A stretch of 64,000 nt of DNA, taken from positions 6,320-70,319 of the forward strand of contig JAPLCW010000172.1 of assembly GCA_026392015.1 (NCBI GenBank), given 5' to 3'. Position numbers and translations under genes: made by a program. The DNA comes from Candidatus Auribacterota bacterium. GTDB lineage: Bacteria > Auribacterota > Tritonobacteria > UBA1439. Under the pieces are notes generated by a model. That model saw nothing but the letters and a program-made list of their open reading frames with translations, searched no databases and was not told where the DNA came from. Of the stretch, positions 1-10,356 are shown piece by piece; positions within the stretch are counted from its first letter, which is position 1; every line of letters starts with the position of its first letter.

Positions 1-2
1 AG

Positions 3-812
3 ATGATCCGTTTCAGGAGCCCTGACAACGTCGTAGAGGAGATCGCACGCGTCAAGGAGCGATATCCTCTGGAATTCGTTGTGTTCCATGACTCCTCGTT
101 TCTTTTCAGTACCGACTGGCTCAGGGAATTCTGCTTCAGATTCAAAAAGGAGATAGGCCTGCCCTTCAACTGCAACGCCAGGGCTAATCACATTACCGAA
201 GAGAATGTCGCATGCCTGAAAGAGGGGGGCTGCTTCAGCGTGGTATGGGCTGCCGAGGCGGGGAATGATCATATCCGCAACGACATCCTCAAGCGCGACC
301 TCTCCAAAGAGACCATGCGGCAGGCGAGCCTCCTGCTGCAAAAATCCGGCATCAACTATGAAATACAGAACATCGTCGGCATACCCGGCGAGGGCCTGAG
401 GGAATGTGTTGAAACGCTCGATTTCAATATCGAGTGCCGGCCCGGATATGCGTCAACGTCCCTTCTCTATCCCTACCCCGGAACCGATATTTACGATATC
501 GCGGTACAGATGGGTCTCCTTGCGCCCCGGAACACGCATTTTGATGAAACCTTCTATGTGCGCTCCCCTATTAATCTGCCCGAGAAGAAAGAGATACAAA
601 ATCTCCAGAAGCTTTTCTCCATCACGGTGGAATTCCCCTGGCTCAAGAAATGCACGCTGGTGCTGATCAGGTTGCCCCTGGGCTTCCTCTACAATTTTGT
701 GCGACGAATCCACAAGGGTTTTTGCCTGCGCTACAGGATCTTCTATTACAAGATTAATCTCATGGAATACATAGCGCTCGCTTTTAGATTCATGAGAAGC
801 AAGGCGGGTTAA
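3..812 (+). CDS. B12-binding-domain radical SAM protein, C-terminal portion (5' end outside window)
   Basis: The frame is open from the window edge. RFRSPDNVVEEI...FVVFHDSSF...NIVGIPGEG aligns by eye with the post-CxxxCxxC half of the complete paralogs at 31583, 33374 and 35501 (RRHSPERIVREI, ARSVKNVVDEI, AHSAEYVVEMI). Confidence 0.7.
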   Translation: MIRFRSPDNVVEEIARVKERYPLEFVVFHDSSFLFSTDWLREFCFRFKKEIGLPFNCNARANHITEENVACLKEGGCFSVVWAAEAGNDHIRNDILKRDLSKETMRQASLLLQKSGINYEIQNIVGIPGEGLRECVETLDFNIECRPGYASTSLLYPYPGTDIYDIAVQMGLLAPRNTHFDETFYVRSPINLPEKKEIQNLQKLFSITVEFPWLKKCTLVLIRLPLGFLYNFVRRIHKGFCLRYRIFYYKINLMEYIALAFRFMRSKAG

Positions 813-918
813 CCTGCTCTCATGAGCGTACCGTGGCCGCGCACGGGAATATTCTCTTTGAAACGCACTCACGGCACCGGCGGGAAAACGGTTGTGCGCA
901 CCATCAGGAGATTGAGCA

Positions 919-3051
919 GTGATTCTTCTTTTGATATTTGGTTCCGGCATGTTCCTCTTTGGTTACTCTCTCTCTTCTGCAATAACTCCCGCCATCCAAC
1001 GGCGAGACAGGCGCATCATCGCATTCCCCCTCGGGGCCGGTTGCTATACACTCGCCGTTTTCTGTCTGAATACGCAATTCAAAGTGCCCCTTCAACCATC
1101 TTCCCTCTGGTTGCTTCTGGGAATATGCGTCATTCTTTCCTGCGGTTGGGACATAGCCCGCAATGGCAGGAAATGTTATGAGGTGGCGGAAGCTCCCGTT
1201 GCACCACCGATACCTGTCTCAGCGCTTTGCGGATTTGAGCGCGTGCTTCTCGTTATTGTACTCGCGTTGCTCACAGCTACGGCTGTTCTGGTCCCTGCGG
1301 AGTATTGGGATGTGTATTCCGAATACCTGCCGAGGGCAAAGGAGATTTTTCTTGCTCGCGCTATTCCCCTTAACGCCTCACCCTCGCCCGTTGAACTCAT
1401 CCGGGCTTTTCCACCGGGGCACTGTCTTCTCATCGCCTCCGGCTATTGCATCGCGGGTTTCATCACACACCCCTGGGCCCGCATCCTGACGCCTCTTTAC
1501 GGATGCCTGCTCCTGGCGCTCCTCTACAGAATGGGCAGGCGCCATCTCGCGCTCCCCCAGGAAACAACCCTGGGCGGCCTCCTCCTCTGCACATCCCTGC
1601 CTATCTTCTATGAGGTGATGATCGTACCCACGGGGCTGACCCCCTTTTGCTTTTGTGCGGTCGCGTCACTCTATTTCTTCATGGAACGCAGAGAATCACA
1701 CGACATCGGTAGTATCGTACTCTCCGGCATCTTCTTGGGGCTTGCCTACTGGATATCGTACACCGGCACTGTACTCATTGCGTGCGTTGCGACGCTCCTG
1801 ATCTTACTGTCCGTCGCCGGCGCGTTCGGCAGACGGGTTTTCCCCTCCTGGCTCCGGCTGAAGCCCCGCGAATTTGTCCTGCTGTTTCTCCCCGCCCTCA
1901 TTATCGCAACCCCGCACATGCTTAGGAACTACTTCCTGCTCGGCAATCCTGTCTATCCCGCCCTGTATCGCTATTTCGGAGGTGCATGGATCGATAGTTG
2001 GTCCATTGCACACCTGATCCCCCGTGTGATTCCGGCCCATTCCTTTTTCTTGCGTCCGCGGTGGGAACTGTTTCACGAGGGATTCTTCATCCAACTCCTT
2101 TTCCTTCTCTTTCTCATCTCACGTTCATGGTATAAGGACGCGAAGAGCATCTTCCTCGCCTGTTTTTGTGTGCTCTACTGGCTGTTCTACATAAAATTCC
2201 TCACATGGCCCAGGGTCTCGGGCATATCCACAAAGCTGCTTCTCCCTTCGCTTGTTCCCATGAGCCTTTTCGCCGGAGAGCGGCTTAACCTTGTGCTTCG
2301 AAGGAAAATCCCGCTCTGGCAGGGAGTCATGATACTCGTTCTTGTCCCCCTCTGGACGTTCTTCATCTGGAGGGATGCCATGATATTTCCGGATATTCGC
2401 ACTCATCTTTCGCTTTCACATCCCAAAGACATAATTCATCTCGGGTGGGCATTGAGCGCGGATTTCGACAAAACTCTTCTCTGGATCAGCATTGCCCTGG
2501 GTCTGCTTTCGATCAGGATAATGGGAAGGACTCTGGGACCCCTGAGCGCAGCGCTGATTCTTCTCGCATTGGCATGCCGTCCGGTGGGCGAAAGCGCCCA
2601 TCAACTTGCCCTGCACCTCCAGGAATATGTTCATTCTACCTCCTACTCGTTCTGGAACGCGGCATTTCCCCCATCCTATTTTCCCGAGGCTGCATGGCTC
2701 GATAATAATCTTCCGCCCGATGCGGCGATCGGGAGCTTCGACAACCGCACCTATATTTACCCCAGGCGCGTATTTCCTCTCGACTCACCGCCGCTCTGGC
2801 CCATGTATAAGGGGATGGATATAGAAAATTGCATCGCGCTGCTCAAGAAGAATGGGATCACTCATTTATGTCTCTCGGACTACACGACAAAACCGCATCC
2901 CCTCTATGACATGTCGCCTATTTTTAACAATCTGGGCAACCCTGGCTATTTCCCCCTCCTCTATCGCGGACCGACGAGGGGGGAACCGGGTCATGAATTT
3001 AGCGTGTACGGAGTCGGGGAGCAAAAGGCGCTGTCTCCACCCACAGGCTGA
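919..3051 (+). CDS. large polytopic membrane protein, putative GT-C-fold glycosyltransferase with C-terminal soluble domain
   Basis: 710-aa ORF with more than 10 hydrophobic helices followed by a hydrophilic tail of about 130 aa. The start is uncertain: GTG at 919, first in-frame ATG at 949. Confidence 0.55.
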   Translation: MILLLIFGSGMFLFGYSLSSAITPAIQRRDRRIIAFPLGAGCYTLAVFCLNTQFKVPLQPSSLWLLLGICVILSCGWDIARNGRKCYEVAEAPVAPPIPVSALCGFERVLLVIVLALLTATAVLVPAEYWDVYSEYLPRAKEIFLARAIPLNASPSPVELIRAFPPGHCLLIASGYCIAGFITHPWARILTPLYGCLLLALLYRMGRRHLALPQETTLGGLLLCTSLPIFYEVMIVPTGLTPFCFCAVASLYFFMERRESHDIGSIVLSGIFLGLAYWISYTGTVLIACVATLLILLSVAGAFGRRVFPSWLRLKPREFVLLFLPALIIATPHMLRNYFLLGNPVYPALYRYFGGAWIDSWSIAHLIPRVIPAHSFFLRPRWELFHEGFFIQLLFLLFLISRSWYKDAKSIFLACFCVLYWLFYIKFLTWPRVSGISTKLLLPSLVPMSLFAGERLNLVLRRKIPLWQGVMILVLVPLWTFFIWRDAMIFPDIRTHLSLSHPKDIIHLGWALSADFDKTLLWISIALGLLSIRIMGRTLGPLSAALILLALACRPVGESAHQLALHLQEYVHSTSYSFWNAAFPPSYFPEAAWLDNNLPPDAAIGSFDNRTYIYPRRVFPLDSPPLWPMYKGMDIENCIALLKKNGITHLCLSDYTTKPHPLYDMSPIFNNLGNPGYFPLLYRGPTRGEPGHEFSVYGVGEQKALSPPTG

Positions 3052-3064
3052 ATATCACTGAGAG

Positions 3065-3225
3065 GTAACTGCTTAGGAGCCAGAATTCAGAAGACAGAAT
3101 ACAGAATTCAGAATTCAGGAGACAGGAGATAAACGTTTTCTTAAAATGCCGTTATTCTTAATTCTGTATTCTGGATTCTGTATTCTTGATTTTCTATTCT
3201 GTCTTCTGACTACCTGAGTAGTTAC
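3065..3225. mobile_element. MITE family 1, hairpin-only subtype (1B)
   Basis: Terminal inverted repeats GTAACTGCTTAGGAG / CTACCTGAGTAGTTAC. The interior is a long imperfect hairpin built from cagaattcag/gacaggag units. Flanked by ACTGAGAG (3057-3064) and TCTGAGAG (3226-3233), a 7/8 direct repeat. Confidence 0.75.
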
Positions 3226-3241
3226 TCTGAGAGGACTTATC

Positions 3242-3919
3242 ATGACGGAAAAAACAGTGGCGCCTCTACGCGAGACGCTCTCATGTTACAAAAACCTCCC
3301 TCGCATGGTGCGGTTCCATAATTACGTGAGGCATGCGACATGCCCGTTTGAACGCATTGAACCGTGGGTCCCCAGGGGAGGAACGATCTACGACCTCGGC
3401 TGCGGACATGGCCTTTTCTCTTTGTACATGGCGATCTCCTCGCCTCGCCGCAGAATCACAGGCTTTGATATATCTGAAGAGAAAATACGGATTGCGAGGG
3501 AGGCAGCGCGGGATATTCCCAATGTTTCATTCCACCACGCCGATATACTCACCCAGGATCTCGATCCCTGTGACGTGATTACGATTCTCGATGTGCTCTA
3601 CCTCATGCCCCCCGGTCGGGTGAAAGAGATTGTCTCAAAATGCCACAGGATGCTTCGGCCCGGCGGAATGTTGATTCTTAGCACCACGGACACACATCCT
3701 CGATGGAAATACCTCTTGGCCTATTGCCAGGAGCTGTTGGCCGTGAAAATCCTCCGCATTACCGAGGGGCGCGAACTGTTCTTCCATTCGCGAAAAGAGC
3801 TTGGCGCGCTGCTCCAAACGGCAGGCTTCACGGTTCATGCCGAGAGGATGGACCGCGGATACGTGCATCCGCACATTCTTTTTGCCTGCAGCACACGGCA
3901 GGATGCGACAGGCAAGTGA
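3242..3919 (+). CDS. class I SAM-dependent methyltransferase
   Basis: Motif I YDLGCGHGLFSL and post-II LRPGGMLILS; ATG at 3242. Confidence 0.8.
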   Translation: MTEKTVAPLRETLSCYKNLPRMVRFHNYVRHATCPFERIEPWVPRGGTIYDLGCGHGLFSLYMAISSPRRRITGFDISEEKIRIAREAARDIPNVSFHHADILTQDLDPCDVITILDVLYLMPPGRVKEIVSKCHRMLRPGGMLILSTTDTHPRWKYLLAYCQELLAVKILRITEGRELFFHSRKELGALLQTAGFTVHAERMDRGYVHPHILFACSTRQDATGK

Positions 3920-3921
3920 CC

Positions 3922-4872
3922 ATGAAACACGAATCAGATAATATAAAAAAGACCACAGTCCCTTGCCCGTTATGCGGCGCAACCGCATATGAGCCCTGGG
4001 CCCGCGGTCCCGATTTTGAGCATTATACCTCTCATGACGAATTTACCTTTGTTCGTTGCCGTCACTGCGGCCTGCTCTATTTGAACCCTCGCCCGGAACT
4101 GTCCGAGCTGCACCGGATCTATCCGCCACATTACCGTTCCTATCATTTCGAGAAACCGGTCATGACATTCAAGGTGAGAAGCTTTCTCGAGCGCTACAAG
4201 GTCCGCCTGCTCAACAGATTACTCCCCGATAAGGCGGACATAGTGGACGTGGGATGCGGCGGCCCGGGATTTCTCGAGAGGCTCCGGCGGCATGGGCGTC
4301 CGGGGTGGCGATTATGGGGAAACGATATAAATCCGGAGATCCTTGCCGAGTTGGAGAAACGCGGCTTTCTACCCCTCCCCGGCAGATTTGAAGAACTGGA
4401 CCGTCCCGCGGGCAGCTTTGATGCGATTTTTTTCAAACAGGTCTTGGAGCATTTCGAGTCGCCGCGCACCGCGCTCGTTCAGGCGGCACGGCTCCTGCGA
4501 CAAAATGGCATCGTGGTCATAGAGACACCCAATATTGATGCGTGGGATGCGCGGCTATTTAAAAAGCGCTACTGGTCCGGCTATCATATCCCGAGGCACT
4601 GGACGCTCTTTGATCCGCGCACAATCGAACGGCTCGCAGGGGAGGCGGGTCTGCGGATCGAGACTATTTCCTTCCTGTCCTCGCCATGCTTCTGGGTTGA
4701 ATCACTACATCATATATTGATAGATAAAGGATGGCCGCCCCTACTCTATAATCGCTTCACTCACCGAAACCCGCTTGCTCTCGCCTTCGCGAGCTTTCTT
4801 GACACGCTCCAAAAGCTCTTCAGCGGCAAGACATCAAATATGCGCGTGATCCTGCGGAAAGAGTCTCCTTGA
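3922..4872 (+). CDS. class I SAM-dependent methyltransferase with N-terminal Cys4 zinc-ribbon
   Basis: The ORF-track start (3703) overlaps the upstream gene. ATG at 3922 lies 2 nt after the upstream TGA. Motifs: CPLCG...CRHCG ribbon, motif I VDVGCGGPGFL, VLEHFESP, NGIVVIETPN. Confidence 0.8.
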   Translation: MKHESDNIKKTTVPCPLCGATAYEPWARGPDFEHYTSHDEFTFVRCRHCGLLYLNPRPELSELHRIYPPHYRSYHFEKPVMTFKVRSFLERYKVRLLNRLLPDKADIVDVGCGGPGFLERLRRHGRPGWRLWGNDINPEILAELEKRGFLPLPGRFEELDRPAGSFDAIFFKQVLEHFESPRTALVQAARLLRQNGIVVIETPNIDAWDARLFKKRYWSGYHIPRHWTLFDPRTIERLAGEAGLRIETISFLSSPCFWVESLHHILIDKGWPPLLYNRFTHRNPLALAFASFLDTLQKLFSGKTSNMRVILRKESP

Positions 4873-4926
4873 TTATCATGCTACGGCACCCCGGGTCATT
4901 TTGACCTTTCCCCCGTGAGGTAATCC

Positions 4927-7017
4927 CTACTTCCACTCGTGCCCGGACGACCATGCCGGCCAGTAGGCGGAAAAGGCCGGATATACCAGTGGCTCCCGCA
5001 AAAGATATATAAGGCACCCGGTTCCCAGGAGAAGGAGGAGCAGAAGAAGGCAGCGGTAGCACCGTCTATCCGCGGACACCGTTATTCCAGTCGCCGAACA
5101 TCTCGCGGCAAACTGCGAAATATTCCGACATGCGGCAATTGCGAGCGGCATAACCATGGGGGGAAGGTAGTACACCTTGATTAATCGTGTGGCCGCCACA
5201 AGAGGCAAATATAATACGGAAAAAATGATCAGTGTCTTCGATACCCTGTCCGGTTTGAGGAAGGCGGGGAAGATCAAAAAACATGAGGTGATGACAGCCC
5301 ATTCCGCAAGCGTGCCCGCATTCAGCACATACGAGCGGAAGCTCAACCCGGAAAATCGGAACCGCCACGTTTCGTCATAGAGATGCGCCTTCCACAAGGG
5401 GAGAGATCCAAGAATGCTTCCGAACCAGAACACGGCGCTCCAGTAGATTCCATAGATGACGCCCAGGATCAGCAACAGACCGAGCGGCCTTCTCCACTCT
5501 TTCGAGACGATGCTCCATGATGCATACGCGAACATAAGCATCTGGAACCCGTTCAGCCTTGTGAGCATCAGCATTGCGGCCACCGCAATGGCCTCCGGCT
5601 TTCTGTCGCACTCCAGCCAATAGATCGACAACAACAGGATCAGTGTGAAAAAGTGGTCTTCCGCAGAAACAAACAGGTGAAAATTGACGATATTGATCGT
5701 GCTGGCGACGATCGGAAAAAGCAACATGGCACCAGGGAAAATACCCGCATTCTCATTCCGGTATCGATACAATAGAAACATGCACAGACTCAAAAGAAAT
5801 CCCTTGGCGAGCCCCGCTGTTCTCATCGCTCCATACCCGTCGCCGGAGAATGGCGTGGATGCGATCATATTGACCCATACGCTCATGGGAGGGATGGTCA
5901 CGGTATACCCTGGACGCCTGTCAATCAACCCTGACATATACGGGAACAGAAGTCGCCGCATATATATCGGGGGATCCACGATATCCAGAATGTCGTACAA
6001 TGCACCCACCTCGCAAAAGAGCCAGCGCTCCTCTGCCCGGGAGAAGAACGCCGTCCGATTCAACCCGGAATAATTCTCCACGACGAGCGGCAGCTCAGGC
6101 GTTGCCGATGGTGAGATACGCATGCGTACTGTTGTCTCGCCCGGTGGGATATGGCACATTCGCTGCCATATATAACGGTTGTAATTCTTCACCCAGAAAT
6201 CCGGCCGCGCATCCGGTGTCGGGCTGAAGAGGGTACCTTGTTCAGGTGCGCCATCGCCGATTTGGACCGTAACTGTCGCGGGATCGTGCCCGCTGAAAAA
6301 AAATCGAAGATGCGCATCGAGCGCGGTTCCCCGCTCGTTTTTCACCCGGAAGATCGCCTCTTCTCCCGACAGAAGCCAGCGCCCCTTACCCAAAGGCCGC
6401 GCTCCCTCCCGCGCATACACGGCTATGGGGGATATCGGAGAATCATTCCCGGAGAACTCCCAGCTATGCAGCTCCTGAGAAATGGGAATCGGATTAATCC
6501 AGTTCCCCGCAGCGACCCAGTAGCGGTCTATACCCCACGAAAAATATTTTGGGAACAGGAGTGGAAAGGCCAATTGAATTATAAAGCACAACACGAGATA
6601 ACGAAGCCATGGAATCCCTCCAACTGCCGCGCCATTCCTCGCTCTTCCCCAAAAAAAGGCGGGGCAGATCCCGACGCACATTATGCCCCAGAGCCATGCC
6701 GGGGTCATTGCCACTCCCACTGCTTTCAGCAGGCTGGTAACCAGAATCCAACCCCAGACGTTCCACACAAAGCCGGCGAACAGGGTTTCCCCGAAATTCC
6801 CCCTCGGCGCAAAACGCTCCTGCCACGCGAAGGCCGGGTAGAGAAGAAAGACAAGCATCCCCGCCATTCTGCCGGCCTCGGTGAGCACGAGCGAGAGCAG
6901 ACCGCCCCCTCCGCTTCCCGCCAGTAATTGCGCAATTGCGAGGGATCCCCCGCATAAAGCGAGCAGCGCAAGGAGCAACGTAAGGGCAAAGGAATGCGTA
7001 TCAAGTCTCCCCTTCAT
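4927..7017 (-). CDS. large polytopic membrane protein with central soluble domain (function unknown, possible GT-C)
   Basis: The long ORF was trimmed to the ATG at 7017 (MKGRLDTHSFALTLLLALL...) to remove overlap with the upstream methyltransferase; ATG at 7047 is an alternative. Many hydrophobic helices lie on either side of a hydrophilic segment of about 250 aa. Confidence 0.5.
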   Translation of the reverse strand: MKGRLDTHSFALTLLLALLALCGGSLAIAQLLAGSGGGGLLSLVLTEAGRMAGMLVFLLYPAFAWQERFAPRGNFGETLFAGFVWNVWGWILVTSLLKAVGVAMTPAWLWGIMCVGICPAFFWGRARNGAAVGGIPWLRYLVLCFIIQLAFPLLFPKYFSWGIDRYWVAAGNWINPIPISQELHSWEFSGNDSPISPIAVYAREGARPLGKGRWLLSGEEAIFRVKNERGTALDAHLRFFFSGHDPATVTVQIGDGAPEQGTLFSPTPDARPDFWVKNYNRYIWQRMCHIPPGETTVRMRISPSATPELPLVVENYSGLNRTAFFSRAEERWLFCEVGALYDILDIVDPPIYMRRLLFPYMSGLIDRRPGYTVTIPPMSVWVNMIASTPFSGDGYGAMRTAGLAKGFLLSLCMFLLYRYRNENAGIFPGAMLLFPIVASTINIVNFHLFVSAEDHFFTLILLLSIYWLECDRKPEAIAVAAMLMLTRLNGFQMLMFAYASWSIVSKEWRRPLGLLLILGVIYGIYWSAVFWFGSILGSLPLWKAHLYDETWRFRFSGLSFRSYVLNAGTLAEWAVITSCFLIFPAFLKPDRVSKTLIIFSVLYLPLVAATRLIKVYYLPPMVMPLAIAACRNISQFAARCSATGITVSADRRCYRCLLLLLLLLGTGCLIYLLREPLVYPAFSAYWPAWSSGHEWK

Positions 7018-7090
7018 ATTCTTGCCACTCCAATTTCCACCCGGCATGCCGTCACCAGTCGACTCAAGAGGTCCTCTTCGCCATGGCCGC

Positions 7091-7882
7091 CTATAATCGT
7101 TTTCCCAAACAAAGTATGCAAGTCCCAAAAGGCATGAGCATCCTGCGGTCCATCTCCAGAATAAACGAAACGATGGTTGAGAGAAAAGGCCTCGATCTCT
7201 GGTCCCCGCCGGTTGCGGCAAGCGGATATTGTTTCCGAAGCATGCGGCTGTAGATAAGACAGGCGGGAATAGTGGAAAAACCGAAGTATCTCAGCGTGCG
7301 TATGGCGACAAATCCCCTTAGTTTTTCTCGCAACTGCTTCCGGGTATAACGCCTGTAGTGCCCGATCAGCCGGTCGTGGTGTCCAAACAGCCAGGGGCCC
7401 GCCGGCACGGTCACGACAACTATCCCTCCGGGGGCGACAAAGCTGCAAATCTTCTCGGTGACTGTAGTATCGTCTTCAACATGTTCCAGAACATCCGTTG
7501 CGACCACGCAATCGTACGGAGAGTCCGCCCTGAACGACTCGATGGAGGAAACCTGGAAAGAACATCGCGAAAGCCATTGCGAGGCCCCCTGGCTATGCAA
7601 CTCCTCCACCCTCTTCATGACCTCACGGTGGCATTCCTCCGATATATCAATCCCCGTCACGGTATGGCCTTCCGCCGCAAGGAGAAAGGAAAGAATGCCG
7701 GATCCAAAGCCGGCGTTAAGGATCCTGAGGGGCTTGTAGGGTGCGAGCCAATCCAGAATCAACTGGTATTTGGCGCGCTCATAGAGATCCCGGGGGCCGG
7801 ATTTGACCTGTTCGTACAAATCTGCAATCCGGCAAAACCTCTTCAAAATCCTTGTCTGGTACTCAGGCGTCAAAATGGGCAT
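7091..7882 (-). CDS. class I SAM-dependent methyltransferase
   Basis: Motifs LRILNAGFGSGILSFLLAAEGHTVTGIDISEE, DCVVATDVLEHVEDD and PGGIVVVTVP. Confidence 0.8.
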   Translation of the reverse strand: MPILTPEYQTRILKRFCRIADLYEQVKSGPRDLYERAKYQLILDWLAPYKPLRILNAGFGSGILSFLLAAEGHTVTGIDISEECHREVMKRVEELHSQGASQWLSRCSFQVSSIESFRADSPYDCVVATDVLEHVEDDTTVTEKICSFVAPGGIVVVTVPAGPWLFGHHDRLIGHYRRYTRKQLREKLRGFVAIRTLRYFGFSTIPACLIYSRMLRKQYPLAATGGDQRSRPFLSTIVSFILEMDRRMLMPFGTCILCLGKRL

Positions 7883-8044
7883 ATAATCACTATTCCCGCT
7901 GCGGAGGGCTGCACTGGCTCTCGTGCAACCACAGTCCCCTCATTCGCTGCAACTATACCATATGGTCAAAACTCCTTCATTTACAAAACACAAAGAATCA
8001 TTCTTCCCCACAGTACGGGTGCTTCGCTCATAACCCCATTTGCA

Positions 8045-8074
8045 TTAACCTTAACATTACGATAAAATTATAAT
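8045..8074 (+). promoter_or_regulatory. candidate sigma70-like promoter for the GT2/radical SAM operon
   Basis: TTAACC (8045-8050), an 18-nt spacer, then TATAAT (8069-8074), in the AT-rich divergent gap between 7882 and 8192. The organism's promoter consensus is unknown. Confidence 0.25.
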
Positions 8075-8191
8075 GCGTGTCGGTACCATAATGGGCCAAC
8101 CATTGCCCGGTAGCCATTGTATGAATTGTGTTACGAATCCATTGATGCTTGTTATCGAGATCGCCGGCTGGCCTATCAGATCGTCACCTCC

Positions 8192-9259
8192 ATGAAAAAA
8201 GAACCTAGTGCAATAACACCGAAGCTGGTTGCGGATCAGGCCCTGCGGATTTCCGTTATCATCCCGGCATTCAATGCGGAGAACGATATCGCGGATTGCG
8301 TAAAACTGCTTCTCGACTCCGACTATAAGAATTTTGAGATTCTTATAGTCGACGACTGCTCGTGCGACAGAACAGCGGAGCGGGTGCGTGATCTCCCATG
8401 CAAGATCCTGAAAACCAATCATCGCTCAGGACCCGCGGGGGCGCGTGAAATGGGGATACGCAATGCAAAAGGGGAAATGCTGGTTTTTATCGACTCTGAT
8501 ATTCTTGTGCAAAAAAACACCCTAAGAAGGCTTCTCGAGTCTTTTTGTGAGAAGCCCGGCGTAGCCTCGGTAAGCGGAGATTATGCTACAAATGGAACCT
8601 GCCATAATCTATGCAGTCTGTATCAAAAAACCTATAACGAGTATAAGAGAATTTTCCTGCCGCCCTGCGGCCCCTATATTAATACTTCAATATATTGTAT
8701 CCCCCGCGAAATAATGCAATCCATAGGCGGATTCCGTTCGGATATATACACCGGCGAGGATTATGAGCTGGGATTGCGGTTGGCCGGAAAGGGATATATC
8801 AACTATTTCAACAGATCGATACGGGTGACGCACAATAAGCGCGTCACCCTCGCGCAATTGATCAGGCAGAAGTTCCAGTACGCAACGAATGTGACGATGC
8901 TCAAATTGGAGTTCGAAAGGACCGGCCATGATCACCGGATAGACCTGAAGCAAACTTTTTCAGTAGCCATAGATCAGATAATCGCCGCTGCGCTCCCCTG
9001 GCCCCTTATAATCGCAGGCTGCGCATCTCTCCTTTTCCCTATGCCCCTGTTCAGATGGCTGGCCCTTGGACTATTACTGGGCTACTGTGCGTCGAGCATG
9101 AGATACTGGTTATTTCTCTTCAAATCCACAGGCATTACCGCCGTCCTTTTCATCCCGATTTCGTTTCTGGAACACGCCATTTCCGGATTATCGGTCATTA
9201 TCGGCGTGATTCGTTTCTGGCTGCACCTCCCCTACTGGAAATTTAAAGGAATCCCATGA
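8192..9259 (+). CDS. family 2 glycosyltransferase with C-terminal transmembrane helices
   Basis: ISVIIPAFNAENDI...FEILIVDDCSCDRT...FIDSDILV (GT-A DxD region) with hydrophobic C-terminal helices. The track start at 8117 is TTG; the first in-frame ATG is 8192. Confidence 0.8.
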   Translation: MKKEPSAITPKLVADQALRISVIIPAFNAENDIADCVKLLLDSDYKNFEILIVDDCSCDRTAERVRDLPCKILKTNHRSGPAGAREMGIRNAKGEMLVFIDSDILVQKNTLRRLLESFCEKPGVASVSGDYATNGTCHNLCSLYQKTYNEYKRIFLPPCGPYINTSIYCIPREIMQSIGGFRSDIYTGEDYELGLRLAGKGYINYFNRSIRVTHNKRVTLAQLIRQKFQYATNVTMLKLEFERTGHDHRIDLKQTFSVAIDQIIAAALPWPLIIAGCASLLFPMPLFRWLALGLLLGYCASSMRYWLFLFKSTGITAVLFIPISFLEHAISGLSVIIGVIRFWLHLPYWKFKGIP

Positions 9260-10356
9260 ACCCTATTGATATCTCCCGCCTCGCATGGAGGACTGCGACA
9301 AAACGCTATCCCGAGCAGGTGACCTTCTTCGTGACCTCTCGCTGCAATTTCCGGTGCAAAATGTGCTTCTATGTGAAAGAGGCTTCCGCGCACGAACTCA
9401 CCCTTGCGGAATACGAGCGGATCGCGAAGCAGATGCCGAATTTCCATTGGATGCTGATCTCCGGCGGCGAACCGTTCTTGCGGGATGAGTTGCCCCAGAT
9501 ATGTCGCACCTTTGTAGAAAATAACCGCGTGAGAAAAATCAACCTCCCCACAAACGCCTATTTCCCGGAGCGCATTGTTCCCATGGTAAAGGAAATACTG
9601 GAAATCCGTCCTGACTGTTTTCTTAACCTTGGCCTATCCCTTCATGCCCCGGGCAAGAAGCATGATGAAATCACCGGCGTCCCGGGGAGTTTTGAACGAG
9701 TGATGCAGACGCACCAGGCGCTCCAACCGTTAAGAAGGCAATTTAAAAACCTTGGCCTCAGCATTGTCATTGTGCACTGTAGCTATACGGAATCCGACAT
9801 GAAGGAGCTCATCAGGTTCATTTTCGATGAGATGGACATTGATGATATCTGCATCGCGCTGGCCCGCGGCACGCCGAGGATGGCCGGGAGTATGTCGTTC
9901 TCACCGGACCTATACGCCCAGAATTGCCTCTTCCTCCACAACCTCATTCACGCGCACAGGGAATACTATTTCAATCTACCCTTCAAGGGGTTGTTCGTCT
10001 CGAAGGATATCGTATTGAGGGATGTTATCTTTCAAACCCTCAGGCAACGATCGTTTCAGATCCCCTGCTATGCCGGAAGAATAAGCGCCGTGATTGACGA
10101 GACAGGTAATCTCTATGCCTGTGAGTTGCGCAGCGAAAAAATAGGAAACCTCAGGGACGCCGGATACCGGTTTAAAACTCTCTGGGAAGGAACAGCCCGC
10201 AAAGAGCTCCTTCACGATATACGCGCGAATCGGTGTTTTTGCACACATGAGTGCACCAATACGACCAACATTCTTTTCAACCCGCGCCTGTATGGCCGCC
10301 TCTCATCGACATGGCTGAGGCTCCACACAAAAGGATGGGGGCTGAGAAGGCGCTAG
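9256..10356 (+). CDS. radical SAM protein with SPASM/twitch-like C-terminal Cys cluster
   Basis: VTSRCNFRCKMC (CxxxCxxC), GGEPFL, and C-terminal CYAGR..LYACE..CFCTHEC. The ATG overlaps the upstream stop as ATGA (9256-9259). Confidence 0.8.
   Translation: MNPIDISRLAWRTATKRYPEQVTFFVTSRCNFRCKMCFYVKEASAHELTLAEYERIAKQMPNFHWMLISGGEPFLRDELPQICRTFVENNRVRKINLPTNAYFPERIVPMVKEILEIRPDCFLNLGLSLHAPGKKHDEITGVPGSFERVMQTHQALQPLRRQFKNLGLSIVIVHCSYTESDMKELIRFIFDEMDIDDICIALARGTPRMAGSMSFSPDLYAQNCLFLHNLIHAHREYYFNLPFKGLFVSKDIVLRDVIFQTLRQRSFQIPCYAGRISAVIDETGNLYACELRSEKIGNLRDAGYRFKTLWEGTARKELLHDIRANRCFCTHECTNTTNILFNPRLYGRLSSTWLRLHTKGWGLRRR

Noticed and set aside
3703-3921. N-terminal 73-aa extension of the second methyltransferase ORF. 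Similar long N-terminal extensions occur at 7018-7221, 11241-11396, 12362-12442, 14960-15004, 33326-33373, 34698-34754, 42071-42214, 56432-56452 and 60620-60754.
   Set aside because: The extensions overlap the preceding gene or a repeat. An internal ATG with better spacing, a ribosome-binding site or a family-typical N-terminus is available in each case.
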